Positions 32,470 through 41,867 of a DNA stretch of 64,000 nt are shown here, piece after piece. Where the stretch lies: positions 218,876 to 282,875 of the forward strand of contig JADJXH010000004.1 in assembly GCA_016715895.1 (NCBI GenBank), written 5' to 3'. Within the stretch, counting starts at the first letter, position 1, and each line of letters opens with the position of its first letter. Both the position numbers and the translations under genes were made by a program. The notes beneath the pieces were generated by a model. That model saw only the letters and a list, made by a program, of their open reading frames with translations, had not been told where the DNA came from and made no database searches. This stretch comes from Flavobacteriales bacterium (lineage in GTDB: Bacteria > Bacteroidota > Bacteroidia > Flavobacteriales_F > PHOS-HE28).

Positions 32470-35400
32470 TCAGGGCAGTTGCGCCACACGCACCGCCGTA
32501 GGTACGCTGCCACCGATGTTCACCAGGATCGGGTCGCGGTCGTTGGTGCCCCCCGCGTACTTCACCACGCCGTCCATGTTCACATCCTCGCGCAGGTACC
32601 CGCCCACGGTGGCCGTGGGCACCGTGCCGCCGATGGCCGACAGGATGGGATCGCGGTCGTTGGCGGCGCCCGCGTACTTCACCTGCCCGTTGAAGGTGAC
32701 GTCACCCGCCCAGAGCACCATGGTCCCGCTCAGGTTCTTACGCGCATCAGTGCCGAAGGTCGCCGTGGCCGGAGCGGTGAGGTCCACCGCCAGCGGAGCG
32801 CCGCTGAGCGTGTAGGCCGAGGCCGTCATCGCGCCGAGGTGGTTGCGATGCCGGACAGCGATGCGGTAGCTGCCCGTGGCCACGGTGAACGACAACGGCG
32901 ACACACCGTCCGCCGCCACCACATCGCCATCTCGTTGAAGCAGGCCGCAGCGCGTGGCGATCACGGTGGAGGGTGTGGTGGCATCCCGCAACTCCACCAC
33001 CACCCAGTCCACCACGGCATTGACGCCGCTGGTCTGCAGCACGGTCGGTGTGGTGGTCTCCCCTCCCCCGCCCACATGGGCATAGCTCAGGGCCGTGTAC
33101 GGTTCGGTGAGGGGAAGGAGACCTGCGGTGCGGAGGTCGTCGCGCATGAGCTGATCGCCGGCGGACCACGGTCCCTCGAGCACGGCGCACAACGCGAGCT
33201 GCACCGCAGGGCTGTTGGGGGTCAGCCGGAAGGTGCGTAGCTGCTGCGGGGCGAAGGAGGCGGTGACGGTGCCGTTCACCAGCGGGGCGGCGCCCGTGTT
33301 CGTCTCGATGTGCGTGGTGGTCTGCACCGCGCCCAGGCCCCAGGTGGAGGCGATGGTCGTGCTCTGTGCCGCGTCGCTCACGTTCCACAGGCGTGCAATG
33401 ATGCCGCTCGCCACGCCTTCCTCAGCCGGTTTCAGGGCCCAGAGCAGCACGTCGGGATCACTGAAGGTGAAGGCGCCGAAGGTGGTGGCGGGATACGGAC
33501 CACCGTTCCCGGTGCAGGTGCCGACCACGAACGGGTTCTGGTGCTCCAGGGCGAAGCGCATGGCGGCCACCTGGTCGTAGGCGCCTTCATGCGGCCGCAG
33601 GCTGAAGCCGTAGTGGAAGAGCGTGTCGCCGTGCTGGTCGGGAATGCCCGGGCCGCTGCCCTGGAAGTTGCCGCCCGCGGTGAACCGCAACTGGCTGCTG
33701 CCGCTGTCGAAGGTGCCGGTGGTGCTGTTGCCGAGCTTCAGGAAGGCGGGGCCGCTGGCGCTCACCGTGAGCCCGTACTGCGCGTTGCTGATGTCGGCGA
33801 AGTGGCCGAGGGTGAGCTGGTCGTACCGCGCGTTCTGCGTGGCGTAGTGGCCGCCGTTGCTTTCCAGCTTCGCGGTGAGGATGGCGCCCAGCTCCTCATG
33901 GCGGACCGTGGCGTTCACGATCTGCACACCGTACGCCCAGTCCAGCATGCTGCTGAAGTTGTCCGTGATGCGGTCCTCCACGTCCACACGGTGCAGGTCC
34001 TTGTACAGGGTGACGCGCACGTCGTGGCCCAGGGGGATCACGCCTTCGGTCTGCACCGTCGCACTGATGGGGCCGTTGTTCACCAGGTACTTGATGCCAC
34101 CGGGCGCCGTATAGGCTCCCAGGTCGTTCATGATCCGTCCGTTCACCGTGCCGGCGTAGCTGCGGTTGGCGAGCTTGTCGCGCAGGCTGGTGATCACCCC
34201 TTCGCCGCTCATGCTGATGCGGAAGCGATCGCTCTCGAAGAGGTGGATGTCCAGCGTGGCCGTGTTGGGCGCGACCGGCGGGTTACCCGGTTGCAGGGTG
34301 TACACCTTGTACCCGGCGGCAGGCACGTCCGTGGCCAGGATGCGCACGAAGGTGGCGCCGTCCTTCACGATCACCTGCGAGGGGATCACCGTGGCCGTGG
34401 TGCGGTCCACCACCTGCACGGGCTGCGGACCGGCATAAGGCAGGTCGGCCACATCGGTGCGCAGATGCCCCAGCGGGTTCACCACCACGAAGCGGAGCTC
34501 ACCGCCCGCGTCGATCTGCGACCCCAGCGAGGCCAGCGCGTTGCTGAGGAGCTGGGTGCCGTAGCCGGTCACCTGGGCCTCCAGCCCACGCTGCCACAGT
34601 GCACGGTCGTTCGCGGGCACCACACCACCCACGCCGAAGTTGTGTTCCCAGTAGAGGCTGATGGCGGTGTGGGCCTCTTCACGCTGCGCGGCCATGTTCG
34701 ACCACACGGCGGGGTCGTGGCGTGCGGCCAGCGTGGCCACGGCCTCGGCACTGCGCAGGCGTTCGATGCCGCGCCGCATGCGACCGGTGACCTCGGCGAT
34801 GCTGGCGCAGTCCAGGTCCCACTCGTTGCCGAAGCTCAATGCCTGGCTGGGCAGCGTGCCGCCGTAGGTGGCCTCGATGTCCTCGAAGAAGTCCTTCATG
34901 TTGCTCACATGGCACTGCGTGGTGGCATCGCTGCGCGCCTGGGCCACGGTGGGAAAGCTGCTGTCCAGCGTGAGGGTGTTGTCCCATCCACGGCCGAAGG
35001 CACCGGCCACGGTATAGGGGTAGTTGTGCGGGAAGGCGACGCTGTTGAGCTTGTCCAGGCACTGGTCCACGGCGGTGTTGGGCACGAAGGCCTCGGCATA
35101 GCCGCCCAGGCCCTGGTTGTAGGTGAGGCTGTACCACTTCATCAGCACGCTGGAACCATCGAGGCCGGTGTACCGGTACAGCTCGTGCTCACGCTGGCCC
35201 AGGCCCGTGACCTGGGTGGCGCAGCCGCACACACCCTTCCAGCTGTAGCGCGCGCCCATGCCGTTCCACAGGGAGGCGAGCCCGAGCGGCTGGGTCTGGT
35301 TCTCCATGCTGATGGCCATGGGGATGTCGATGCCGTATTGCCGTTGCAGACGGCCGGCGTAGTAGCCGCTGCGGATGACACCCTCGGTGATGTTGCCGCC

Positions 35401-35748
35401 GTGCGTGCACACCAGTCCGTTGAGCGGCACGGTCATCTGGCCGCTCTGCAGCTGGGCGATCAGCCGGTCGAACTGGGCCGCCGGCCGGTTGCGCTTGTAG
35501 ATCTCCACCCAGTACCAGCCGTCGCAGTTCCACTTGTTGCGGTAGGGTGCCGGGTTGCCGGCGGTGGCATCGTTGAGGTCCAGGTAGTGGTCGATCATCT
35601 GCGGGATCCACTGCTCGTGGTCCGCCACCGTGCCGCTCCACAGGTAGTCCGTGTGGTCGTCCGGGGCCAGGTAGATCCGGTTGGTCTGACCTTCGGCGAG
35701 GGTCGCCACGACGAGGGCGGGCCATAGGAAGTGGGAACGGCGCAGCAT
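32470..35748 (-). CDS. Secreted GH38-like glycoside hydrolase with a C-terminal dockerin-like repeat domain
   Basis: DDHTDYLW (HxDxxW), GH38-like overall layout, LLWALKPAEEG and ARLWN; C-terminus carries two DVxxxGxVKYAG..NDRDPIL repeats. Confidence 0.7.
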   Translation of the reverse strand: MLRRSHFLWPALVVATLAEGQTNRIYLAPDDHTDYLWSGTVADHEQWIPQMIDHYLDLNDATAGNPAPYRNKWNCDGWYWVEIYKRNRPAAQFDRLIAQLQSGQMTVPLNGLVCTHGGNITEGVIRSGYYAGRLQRQYGIDIPMAISMENQTQPLGLASLWNGMGARYSWKGVCGCATQVTGLGQREHELYRYTGLDGSSVLMKWYSLTYNQGLGGYAEAFVPNTAVDQCLDKLNSVAFPHNYPYTVAGAFGRGWDNTLTLDSSFPTVAQARSDATTQCHVSNMKDFFEDIEATYGGTLPSQALSFGNEWDLDCASIAEVTGRMRRGIERLRSAEAVATLAARHDPAVWSNMAAQREEAHTAISLYWEHNFGVGGVVPANDRALWQRGLEAQVTGYGTQLLSNALASLGSQIDAGGELRFVVVNPLGHLRTDVADLPYAGPQPVQVVDRTTATVIPSQVIVKDGATFVRILATDVPAAGYKVYTLQPGNPPVAPNTATLDIHLFESDRFRISMSGEGVITSLRDKLANRSYAGTVNGRIMNDLGAYTAPGGIKYLVNNGPISATVQTEGVIPLGHDVRVTLYKDLHRVDVEDRITDNFSSMLDWAYGVQIVNATVRHEELGAILTAKLESNGGHYATQNARYDQLTLGHFADISNAQYGLTVSASGPAFLKLGNSTTGTFDSGSSQLRFTAGGNFQGSGPGIPDQHGDTLFHYGFSLRPHEGAYDQVAAMRFALEHQNPFVVGTCTGNGGPYPATTFGAFTFSDPDVLLWALKPAEEGVASGIIARLWNVSDAAQSTTIASTWGLGAVQTTTHIETNTGAAPLVNGTVTASFAPQQLRTFRLTPNSPAVQLALCAVLEGPWSAGDQLMRDDLRTAGLLPLTEPYTALSYAHVGGGGETTTPTVLQTSGVNAVVDWVVVELRDATTPSTVIATRCGLLQRDGDVVAADGVSPLSFTVATGSYRIAVRHRNHLGAMTASAYTLSGAPLAVDLTAPATATFGTDARKNLSGTMVLWAGDVTFNGQVKYAGAANDRDPILSAIGGTVPTATVGGYLREDVNMDGVVKYAGGTNDRDPILVNIGGSVPTAVRVAQLP

Positions 35749-35801
35749 GGCGCAGGGGTTGGGTCCGGTCAAGGTACCGGATCGGCCGGACCTGGACAGC
35801 G

Positions 35802-37445
35802 TCAGCGCCGGCGGTCCATGCCGGGCACGGAGGCGGGGGCGCGCTCCTGCTGCGAAGGTGGCGGAGCCTTCACCTGCATGCCGTCCTTGTACTCAATGGA
35901 CCGCGTCACACGGCCGTCGGTGTCCAGGAACTCCATGGTGCCGTGCAGGCGGCCCTGCACATAGCTCATGCGCTGCACCACACGGCCGCGGTGGTCGTAC
36001 ACCTCGCAGCGCCCGTGGGGGTCGCCGTTCAGCAGTTCCTGCTGGCGCAGCTTCACCCCGGCATCGTCGAAGTAGGACCACTGGCCGCTGGGCATGCCGT
36101 TCACGTAAGTGCCCTCACTGATCGGCAGGCCGGCGGTGTTGTACGCCACCCAGCGACCACCCCGCTTGCCGGCCGCGTAGTAGCCTTCCTCCTTCAGCTT
36201 GCCGTTCTCGTACCAGAACTTCCATGCGCCATCCTTCAGATCGTCCTTCCAGCTGCCTTCGTACTCCTGCTGACCATCGGGGTACCAGCCCTTCCACAGG
36301 CCGCTGATGCGCCCTGCCGTGAACCCGCCCTGGTCCTTCATGCGGCCGTTCTCGAACCAGCTGGTCCACTGGCCTTCGCTGAGGCCGTTCACGTAGGGGC
36401 CCTCCTGGAGCTTCTGTCCGTTCTCGTACCAGGTGGTCCATACGCCCTGCTTCACACCGTCCACGAAGCCGCCCTTCTTCCAGAACTGACCGCCCTCGTA
36501 GAAGTAGACCCAATCGCCCTGCTCGCGATCGTTCGCGTAGATGCCGGTGCTGCTGAGCTGGCCGTTCGGATACCAGTACTTCCACACCCCCTGCCGCTTG
36601 TCCGCCACGAATCCGCCCTGCATGTCGGGCTGGCCGGTGGTGGTGGTCCACACCCAGATGCTGTCCTTCAGGCCATCGCGGTAGTGGCCGGTGATGTTGG
36701 CCTGGCCGCTCCGGAAGAGGAGGCGGAAGGGCCCATGAAGCCGTCCGCGCTCGTAATGCTCCTCCTTCTCAAGCCTGCCATCGCTGAAGGAGTACGACCA
36801 TGCCCCGTGTTTCACTCCGCCGAGGTAGGCGCCCACGGCCTTGGGGTTCCCCGCGGGATACAGTTCCCGGTAGGCGCCGCTGGGCACGCCGCCCACGTAT
36901 GCGGTCTCCGTCTGCAGGGCCCCGCTGGCGTACCAGGTGCGCAGGGTGCCGGTGCCGTCCGTCACGGTGCGCTCGCCGGCCTTGTCCCATGCATCGAGCA
37001 GCAGGCAGATGGTGTCGGCGCACTGTTCGCGCATGTAGGGCCGGCCGTCGGTGTACCAGTACTCCCAGAGACCTTGCTTCCGGCCGCGCTGGTAGGTGCC
37101 GCGCTCCATGAGGGTGCCGCTGCGGTAGTAGCTCTGCATGAGGCTGTCCTGTTCGCCGCGGCGGAACCAGCCGTCGTGCTGCACCTGGCCGTTGTCGTAG
37201 AAGAGCCGCACGTGACCGTCGCGTTCGCCGCCTTTGAACTCTGCCTCCTCGTAAAGTCGTCCCTGCGGGTCCCAGAAACGCCACTGGCCCCACTCGCGCC
37301 CATTGACGAAAAGCCCTTCGCTGCGCTTCACGGTGCGGGTGCTGTCCCAGTGGTCCACGAAGGGTTGCACGGACTGGGCACGGAGGGCGCCGGAAGCGAA
37401 CAGGAGGAGGAGGAGGAGGAAGCAGCTGCGCAGCAGGAGGGGCAT
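35802..37445 (-). CDS. MORN-variant (YwqK-like) repeat protein
   Basis: About 20 repeats of G.W..WY.NGQ...EG.Y..G; signal peptide. Confidence 0.85.
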   Translation of the reverse strand: MPLLLRSCFLLLLLLFASGALRAQSVQPFVDHWDSTRTVKRSEGLFVNGREWGQWRFWDPQGRLYEEAEFKGGERDGHVRLFYDNGQVQHDGWFRRGEQDSLMQSYYRSGTLMERGTYQRGRKQGLWEYWYTDGRPYMREQCADTICLLLDAWDKAGERTVTDGTGTLRTWYASGALQTETAYVGGVPSGAYRELYPAGNPKAVGAYLGGVKHGAWSYSFSDGRLEKEEHYERGRLHGPFRLLFRSGQANITGHYRDGLKDSIWVWTTTTGQPDMQGGFVADKRQGVWKYWYPNGQLSSTGIYANDREQGDWVYFYEGGQFWKKGGFVDGVKQGVWTTWYENGQKLQEGPYVNGLSEGQWTSWFENGRMKDQGGFTAGRISGLWKGWYPDGQQEYEGSWKDDLKDGAWKFWYENGKLKEEGYYAAGKRGGRWVAYNTAGLPISEGTYVNGMPSGQWSYFDDAGVKLRQQELLNGDPHGRCEVYDHRGRVVQRMSYVQGRLHGTMEFLDTDGRVTRSIEYKDGMQVKAPPPSQQERAPASVPGMDRRR

Positions 37446-37641
37446 GGCCTCAAAAGTACCCGGCGAGGCAGGCACCTTGTCAGGAGGAACGACGGATCAT
37501 CCACGATCCGCATGGGGTGCGAACGGATCGCGGCCCTGCCGTGTTCCCACACGCGCCCCCTGTTGGGTCACCAAGGACCACGTACCGATGGATGAGCGTG
37601 AGGAGCACACGCGGAGCAGGGTCCCGGCTACCTTGCAGGCC

Positions 37642-39579
37642 ATGAACGGGAACCGGGGCCGGCGCCTGGCGATCCTCGCCGGACTGGCGGGCGTGGTGCT
37701 GCTGCTGGCCGGCTGGAGCGCCGCCCTGGAGCCGCGCGGCCACCACAACCGGCTGGAGGATCTCCTGTTCCGCTCGGCGGACACGGACCTGGTGGTGCTG
37801 TACAGCACCTATTTCGCCACGGCCGGCCGCTGCGCGGGCTGCCACGGCCATGATGTGAACGGTGTGGCGAGCGTGGACGGCAGCGGCCGCGACGTGAACG
37901 CGGCCGACGACTGGCGCAGCACGATGATGGCCAACAGCGCCCGCGACCCCTTCTTCCGGGCCAAGCTGGAGCACGAAGTGCTGGTGAACCCCGGCCACCA
38001 GGGGGCCATCGAGGGCAAGTGCCTGGGCTGCCATGCGCCCCTCGGCTTCCACGAGCAGCGCATGCTGGGAGGCGCCCCCTTCACCGCGGCCATGCTGGAC
38101 ACGAGCACCATCGGGCTTGACGGCGTGAGCTGTGCGGCGTGCCACCAGCAGGACCCCGACAGCGCCGGCCGATCCTTCAGCGGTGACCTGCGCTTCAGCA
38201 TCGACACGGTGTACGGCCCGTATCAGGAGGACGAGATCAACCCGGCGATCATGGAGTTCTTCGTCGGCTTCAGGCCCACCTTCGGGGAGCACATCGTGGA
38301 TGGACGCACCTGCGCGGGCTGTCACACGCTGATCACTGAGACGGCGGACCTGCAGGGCAACCTCACGGGCGACCGGTTCGTGGAGCAGGCCACCTGGCAC
38401 GAGTGGCTCAACTCGTCGTACAACGGCACCAGCGCCAACTGCCGCAGCTGCCACATGCCGCGCATCCAGGACAGCATCATCCTGGCCTCCGACTATTCGT
38501 TCCTTCCGGGGCACACACCCTTCGGGTTGCACCATCTGGCCGGTGGCAACGTGTACATGCTGGAGCTGATGAAGCAGCACCGCCAGCAGCTGGGCATCCC
38601 CGCCACCGACGTGCAGTTCGACAGCACCATCGCCCGCACGCTGCACAACCTGCGCCACCGCTCGGTGGACCTTGACGTGCAACTGGTGGACCGCAGCGCG
38701 GACACCGCATGGATCGATGTGACCCTGCAGAACCTCACGGGGCACAAGTTCCCCAGTGGTTACCCCAGCCGCCGCGCCTTCGTGGAGGTGGACGTGCTGA
38801 ACACCGATGGCGACACGCTCTTCCACAGCGGGCGTATCGATGCGGCCTGGGAGGTGGAGGGCCATGATCCCGCCATGGAGCCGCACCACGATGTGATCCG
38901 CGGTCCGGACCAGGCCCAGATCTATGAGCTGGTGATGGGCGACGTGAACGACGACGTCACCACCGTGCTGGAGCGCGCCAAGAGCCCGTTGAAGGACAAC
39001 CGCCTGGTGCCGGTGGGCTTCAGCACCACGCATTCGGCGTACGACACCACGCGCATCGCCGGCGTACCGGCGGCGGACATCGACTTCAACCACGATGCGC
39101 TCGGCCTGGAGGGCAGCGGCTCGGACCGTGTGCACTACCACGTGCCGCTCGGTGGCTACGAGGGTCCGCTGCAGGTGCAGGTGCGGGTGTGGTACCAGCC
39201 GGTGCCGCCCCGCTGGAACGCGGAGATGTTCGCCTTCAACGGCCCGCGCATCGACAGCTTCCGCACCATGGTGGACGGGATGGACGGCAGCCCCACGCTG
39301 GTGACGGCGGACAGCCTTTTCGTGGGCGCGCTGGGCCTCGGGGAGGGCGGAGCCACGACGGTGCTGGTGCATCCCAACCCCGCGCCAGACGGTCGCGTGA
39401 CGGTGACCGGCCCCGCCGAGGTGCTGGAGGTCTTCGACGCGCAGGGGCGAAGGGCCGTCGTTCAGGTGGTGCGCCAGGGTGATCGGAGCGTGTTGCAACT
39501 GCCTTCGGTGCCAGGCACCTATCTGGTGGTGCTGCGCCACCGGGGTGTGGACCGCGTGGAACGCGTGGTGCGACCATGA
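37642..39579 (+). CDS. Pentaheme c-type cytochrome with T9SS type-A sorting domain
   Basis: Five CxxCH sites (CAGCH, CLGCH, CAACH, CAGCH, CRSCH), an N-terminal signal peptide and a C-terminal VHPNP...VFDAQGR...PGTYLV domain. Confidence 0.85.
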   Translation: MNGNRGRRLAILAGLAGVVLLLAGWSAALEPRGHHNRLEDLLFRSADTDLVVLYSTYFATAGRCAGCHGHDVNGVASVDGSGRDVNAADDWRSTMMANSARDPFFRAKLEHEVLVNPGHQGAIEGKCLGCHAPLGFHEQRMLGGAPFTAAMLDTSTIGLDGVSCAACHQQDPDSAGRSFSGDLRFSIDTVYGPYQEDEINPAIMEFFVGFRPTFGEHIVDGRTCAGCHTLITETADLQGNLTGDRFVEQATWHEWLNSSYNGTSANCRSCHMPRIQDSIILASDYSFLPGHTPFGLHHLAGGNVYMLELMKQHRQQLGIPATDVQFDSTIARTLHNLRHRSVDLDVQLVDRSADTAWIDVTLQNLTGHKFPSGYPSRRAFVEVDVLNTDGDTLFHSGRIDAAWEVEGHDPAMEPHHDVIRGPDQAQIYELVMGDVNDDVTTVLERAKSPLKDNRLVPVGFSTTHSAYDTTRIAGVPAADIDFNHDALGLEGSGSDRVHYHVPLGGYEGPLQVQVRVWYQPVPPRWNAEMFAFNGPRIDSFRTMVDGMDGSPTLVTADSLFVGALGLGEGGATTVLVHPNPAPDGRVTVTGPAEVLEVFDAQGRRAVVQVVRQGDRSVLQLPSVPGTYLVVLRHRGVDRVERVVRP

Positions 39580-40379
39580 CCGCTCCTGTTCTCGCCTCCC
39601 TGCATTGCTATCCGATCAAGTCGGTCGGCGGCTTCGCCATGCACGAGGCGCGGCTCACCGACCGTGGGTTCGCGCACGACCGGCGCTGGATGCTGGTGGA
39701 TGCCGCCGGGCGTTTCCTCACCCAGCGCGAGCTGCCCTCCATGGCGTGCCTCCGCACGGAACCGGCGGAGGACGGCTTCACGGTGATCGACCATCGCGAT
39801 GAGGAGCACCTGAGCCTGCCCTGGACCTTGGAGGACGGCCCCGAACCCGAGGTGGACATCTGGGGAACGCGCGTGCGCGCGCGCGAGGCACCATCGGGCT
39901 GGTCCGCCTGGTTCAGCACGCGTGTGGGCGGTGCGGTGCGGCTGGTGCACATGCCCGATGCGACGCATCGCCCCATCGACGAGCGCTATGCCCGCGGGTT
40001 GACCTCGCTGAGCGATGGCTTCCCCTACCTGATCGTGTCGCAGGCCTCGGTCAATGCGCTGAACGAACGCCTCGACGTGCCGGTGCCCGTGGACCGCTTC
40101 CGCCCGAACCTGGTGATCGGCGGTGGCGTGGCGCATCAGGAGGACGGTTGGCGCGAGGTGCGGATCGGCACGGCGCGGTTCTCCCTGGTGAAGCCCTGCG
40201 CACGCTGCATCATCACCACCACCGACCAGCGCACGGGTGAGCGTGGCAGGGAGCCGCTCCGTACGCTGGCCACCTACCGCACGATGGACGGCAAGGTGCA
40301 CTTCGGCATGAACGCGGTCGCCGATACGCAGGGCCTGGTGCGTGTGGGCGATCCCATCTCGATCCCGGACCGGCCATGA
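39576..40379 (+). CDS. MOSC domain protein (YcbX-like)
   Basis: YPIKS, DRRWMLVD, DGFPYLI, RFRPNLVI, KPCARC and FGMN. Confidence 0.92.
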   Translation: MTAPVLASLHCYPIKSVGGFAMHEARLTDRGFAHDRRWMLVDAAGRFLTQRELPSMACLRTEPAEDGFTVIDHRDEEHLSLPWTLEDGPEPEVDIWGTRVRAREAPSGWSAWFSTRVGGAVRLVHMPDATHRPIDERYARGLTSLSDGFPYLIVSQASVNALNERLDVPVPVDRFRPNLVIGGGVAHQEDGWREVRIGTARFSLVKPCARCIITTTDQRTGERGREPLRTLATYRTMDGKVHFGMNAVADTQGLVRVGDPISIPDRP

Positions 40380-41164
40380 TCCACTCCATCCTCGCCGACA
40401 AGGCCACCCGCCTCTACCTCATCCTGGGCGGCTTCTTCGTGGCCAACGCGCTCATCGCCGAGATGATCGGGGTGAAGCTGTTCCAGTTGGAGACCTTGCT
40501 GGGGATGCCGAAAGCGGACTTCACGCTGCTCGGCCAGCCGCACCTGAGCTTCGTGCTGAGCGTGGGCGTACTGCCCTGGCCCATCGTCTTCATCATGACG
40601 GATGTGATCAACGACTACTACGGCGTGCGCGGGGTCCGCTTCCTCACCCTCCTCACCACGGCGCTCATCGCCTTCGCCTTCGTCGTGATGTTCTTCGCCA
40701 TCCGCATGCCGGCGGAGCAGGGCTGGTGGACCGGCAGCAGCGCGGCGCAGGGCGTGCCCGACATGCAGGCGGCCTTCACGGCCATCTTCGGCCAGGGCAT
40801 GAACATCATCCTCGGATCGCTCACCGCCTTCGTGGTGGGGCAGCTGGTGGACGCCTTCGTGTTCCGCCGCATCAAGCGCATCACCGGCGACCGGCGGATC
40901 TGGCTGCGCGCCACCGGCAGCACCGTGGTGAGCCAGCTGGTGGACAGCGTGGTGGTGACCTACATGGCGTTCTGGGTCCTCAAGGACATGAGCTTCCCCA
41001 TGGCCACGGCGCTGGTGCTCACCGCATACAGCTACAAGCTCGTCGTGGCCGTTCTGAGCACGCCGCTGGTATACCTCGTCCACGCCGGCGTGGAGCGCTA
41101 TCTTGGCACGGAACGGGCGGCGGCGATGCGCCTGGCCGCGCTCCGCCAGCACGAGGTAGCATGA
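40376..41164 (+). CDS. Queuosine precursor transporter (VUT/YhhQ family)
   Basis: ANALIAEMIGVK, TDVINDYYG, GSLTAFVVGQLVD and STVVSQLVDS. Confidence 0.88.
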   Translation: MIHSILADKATRLYLILGGFFVANALIAEMIGVKLFQLETLLGMPKADFTLLGQPHLSFVLSVGVLPWPIVFIMTDVINDYYGVRGVRFLTLLTTALIAFAFVVMFFAIRMPAEQGWWTGSSAAQGVPDMQAAFTAIFGQGMNIILGSLTAFVVGQLVDAFVFRRIKRITGDRRIWLRATGSTVVSQLVDSVVVTYMAFWVLKDMSFPMATALVLTAYSYKLVVAVLSTPLVYLVHAGVERYLGTERAAAMRLAALRQHEVA

Positions 41165-41688
41165 GCGATTCGGTGATCATCGAGCCGGTGAGCAAGGTGG
41201 ACGACGCCGGCTTCCACAGGCTGGTGAGCCGGGAACAGGACCGTCTCCGCGCCTACTTCCCGGTGACCTTGGGCCGCTGCACGGACGTGGGCGCCACCCG
41301 ACGCTACCTCAAGGAGCTGGTGTCCATGGCGAAGGACGGGACCTTCTTCTGTTTCGTGCTGCGCGACTATGAGGGTTCCGACCCCATCGGCGCGGTGTTC
41401 CTGAAGCAGTTCGACCGCACGGTGGGCCGCTGCGAGGTGGCCTACTTCATCGATGAGCCGCACAGCGGGCAGGGCTACGGCACCCTGGGGGTGATGTGGG
41501 CCGTGGACCATGCCTTCAGCCGGCTGGGCATGGGCAAGGTGGTGGCGCGCATCGCGCCGGACAACACCGCCAGCATCCGGGTGGCCGAGCACTGCGGCTT
41601 CCAGCGCGAGGGCCTGCTGCGCCGCGAGTTCCGCACCGGCCATGGCGAGCTGGTGGACCTGTTGTACTACGGGAATCTGCGCCCATGA
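41161..41688 (+). CDS. GNAT N-acetyltransferase (RimJ/RimL-like)
   Basis: EVAYFI...GQGYGT, NTASIRVAEHCGFQREGLLR. Confidence 0.88.
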   Translation: MSDSVIIEPVSKVDDAGFHRLVSREQDRLRAYFPVTLGRCTDVGATRRYLKELVSMAKDGTFFCFVLRDYEGSDPIGAVFLKQFDRTVGRCEVAYFIDEPHSGQGYGTLGVMWAVDHAFSRLGMGKVVARIAPDNTASIRVAEHCGFQREGLLRREFRTGHGELVDLLYYGNLRP

Positions 41689-41867
41689 ACCGGCGACGAC
41701 GACCCACGCGCCGCACCCCCGCCTCGCTGGACCGTTCGGCGAAGCGCGCCGCGCAAAAGGCCGCCGGGGCCTTCGACGGTCGCTTCCGCCCGCGCGTGGT
41801 GCGCAGCCGGAAGACCTACAGCCGCAGGCCCAAGCACCGCGGGGAAGGTCCCGAAGGCGCGGCCTAG
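41685..41867 (+). CDS. Small basic protein, possibly ArfA-like
   Basis: 60 aa, Arg/Lys-rich, contains RFRPRVVRSRKTYSRRPKH; ATGA-coupled to the GNAT gene. Confidence 0.55.
   Translation: MNRRRRPTRRTPASLDRSAKRAAQKAAGAFDGRFRPRVVRSRKTYSRRPKHRGEGPEGAA

Noticed and set aside
35802-37445. Possible toxin-antitoxin 'YwqK antitoxin'
   Set aside because: It is a secreted MORN-variant repeat protein with no adjacent toxin; the label reflects repeat similarity only.
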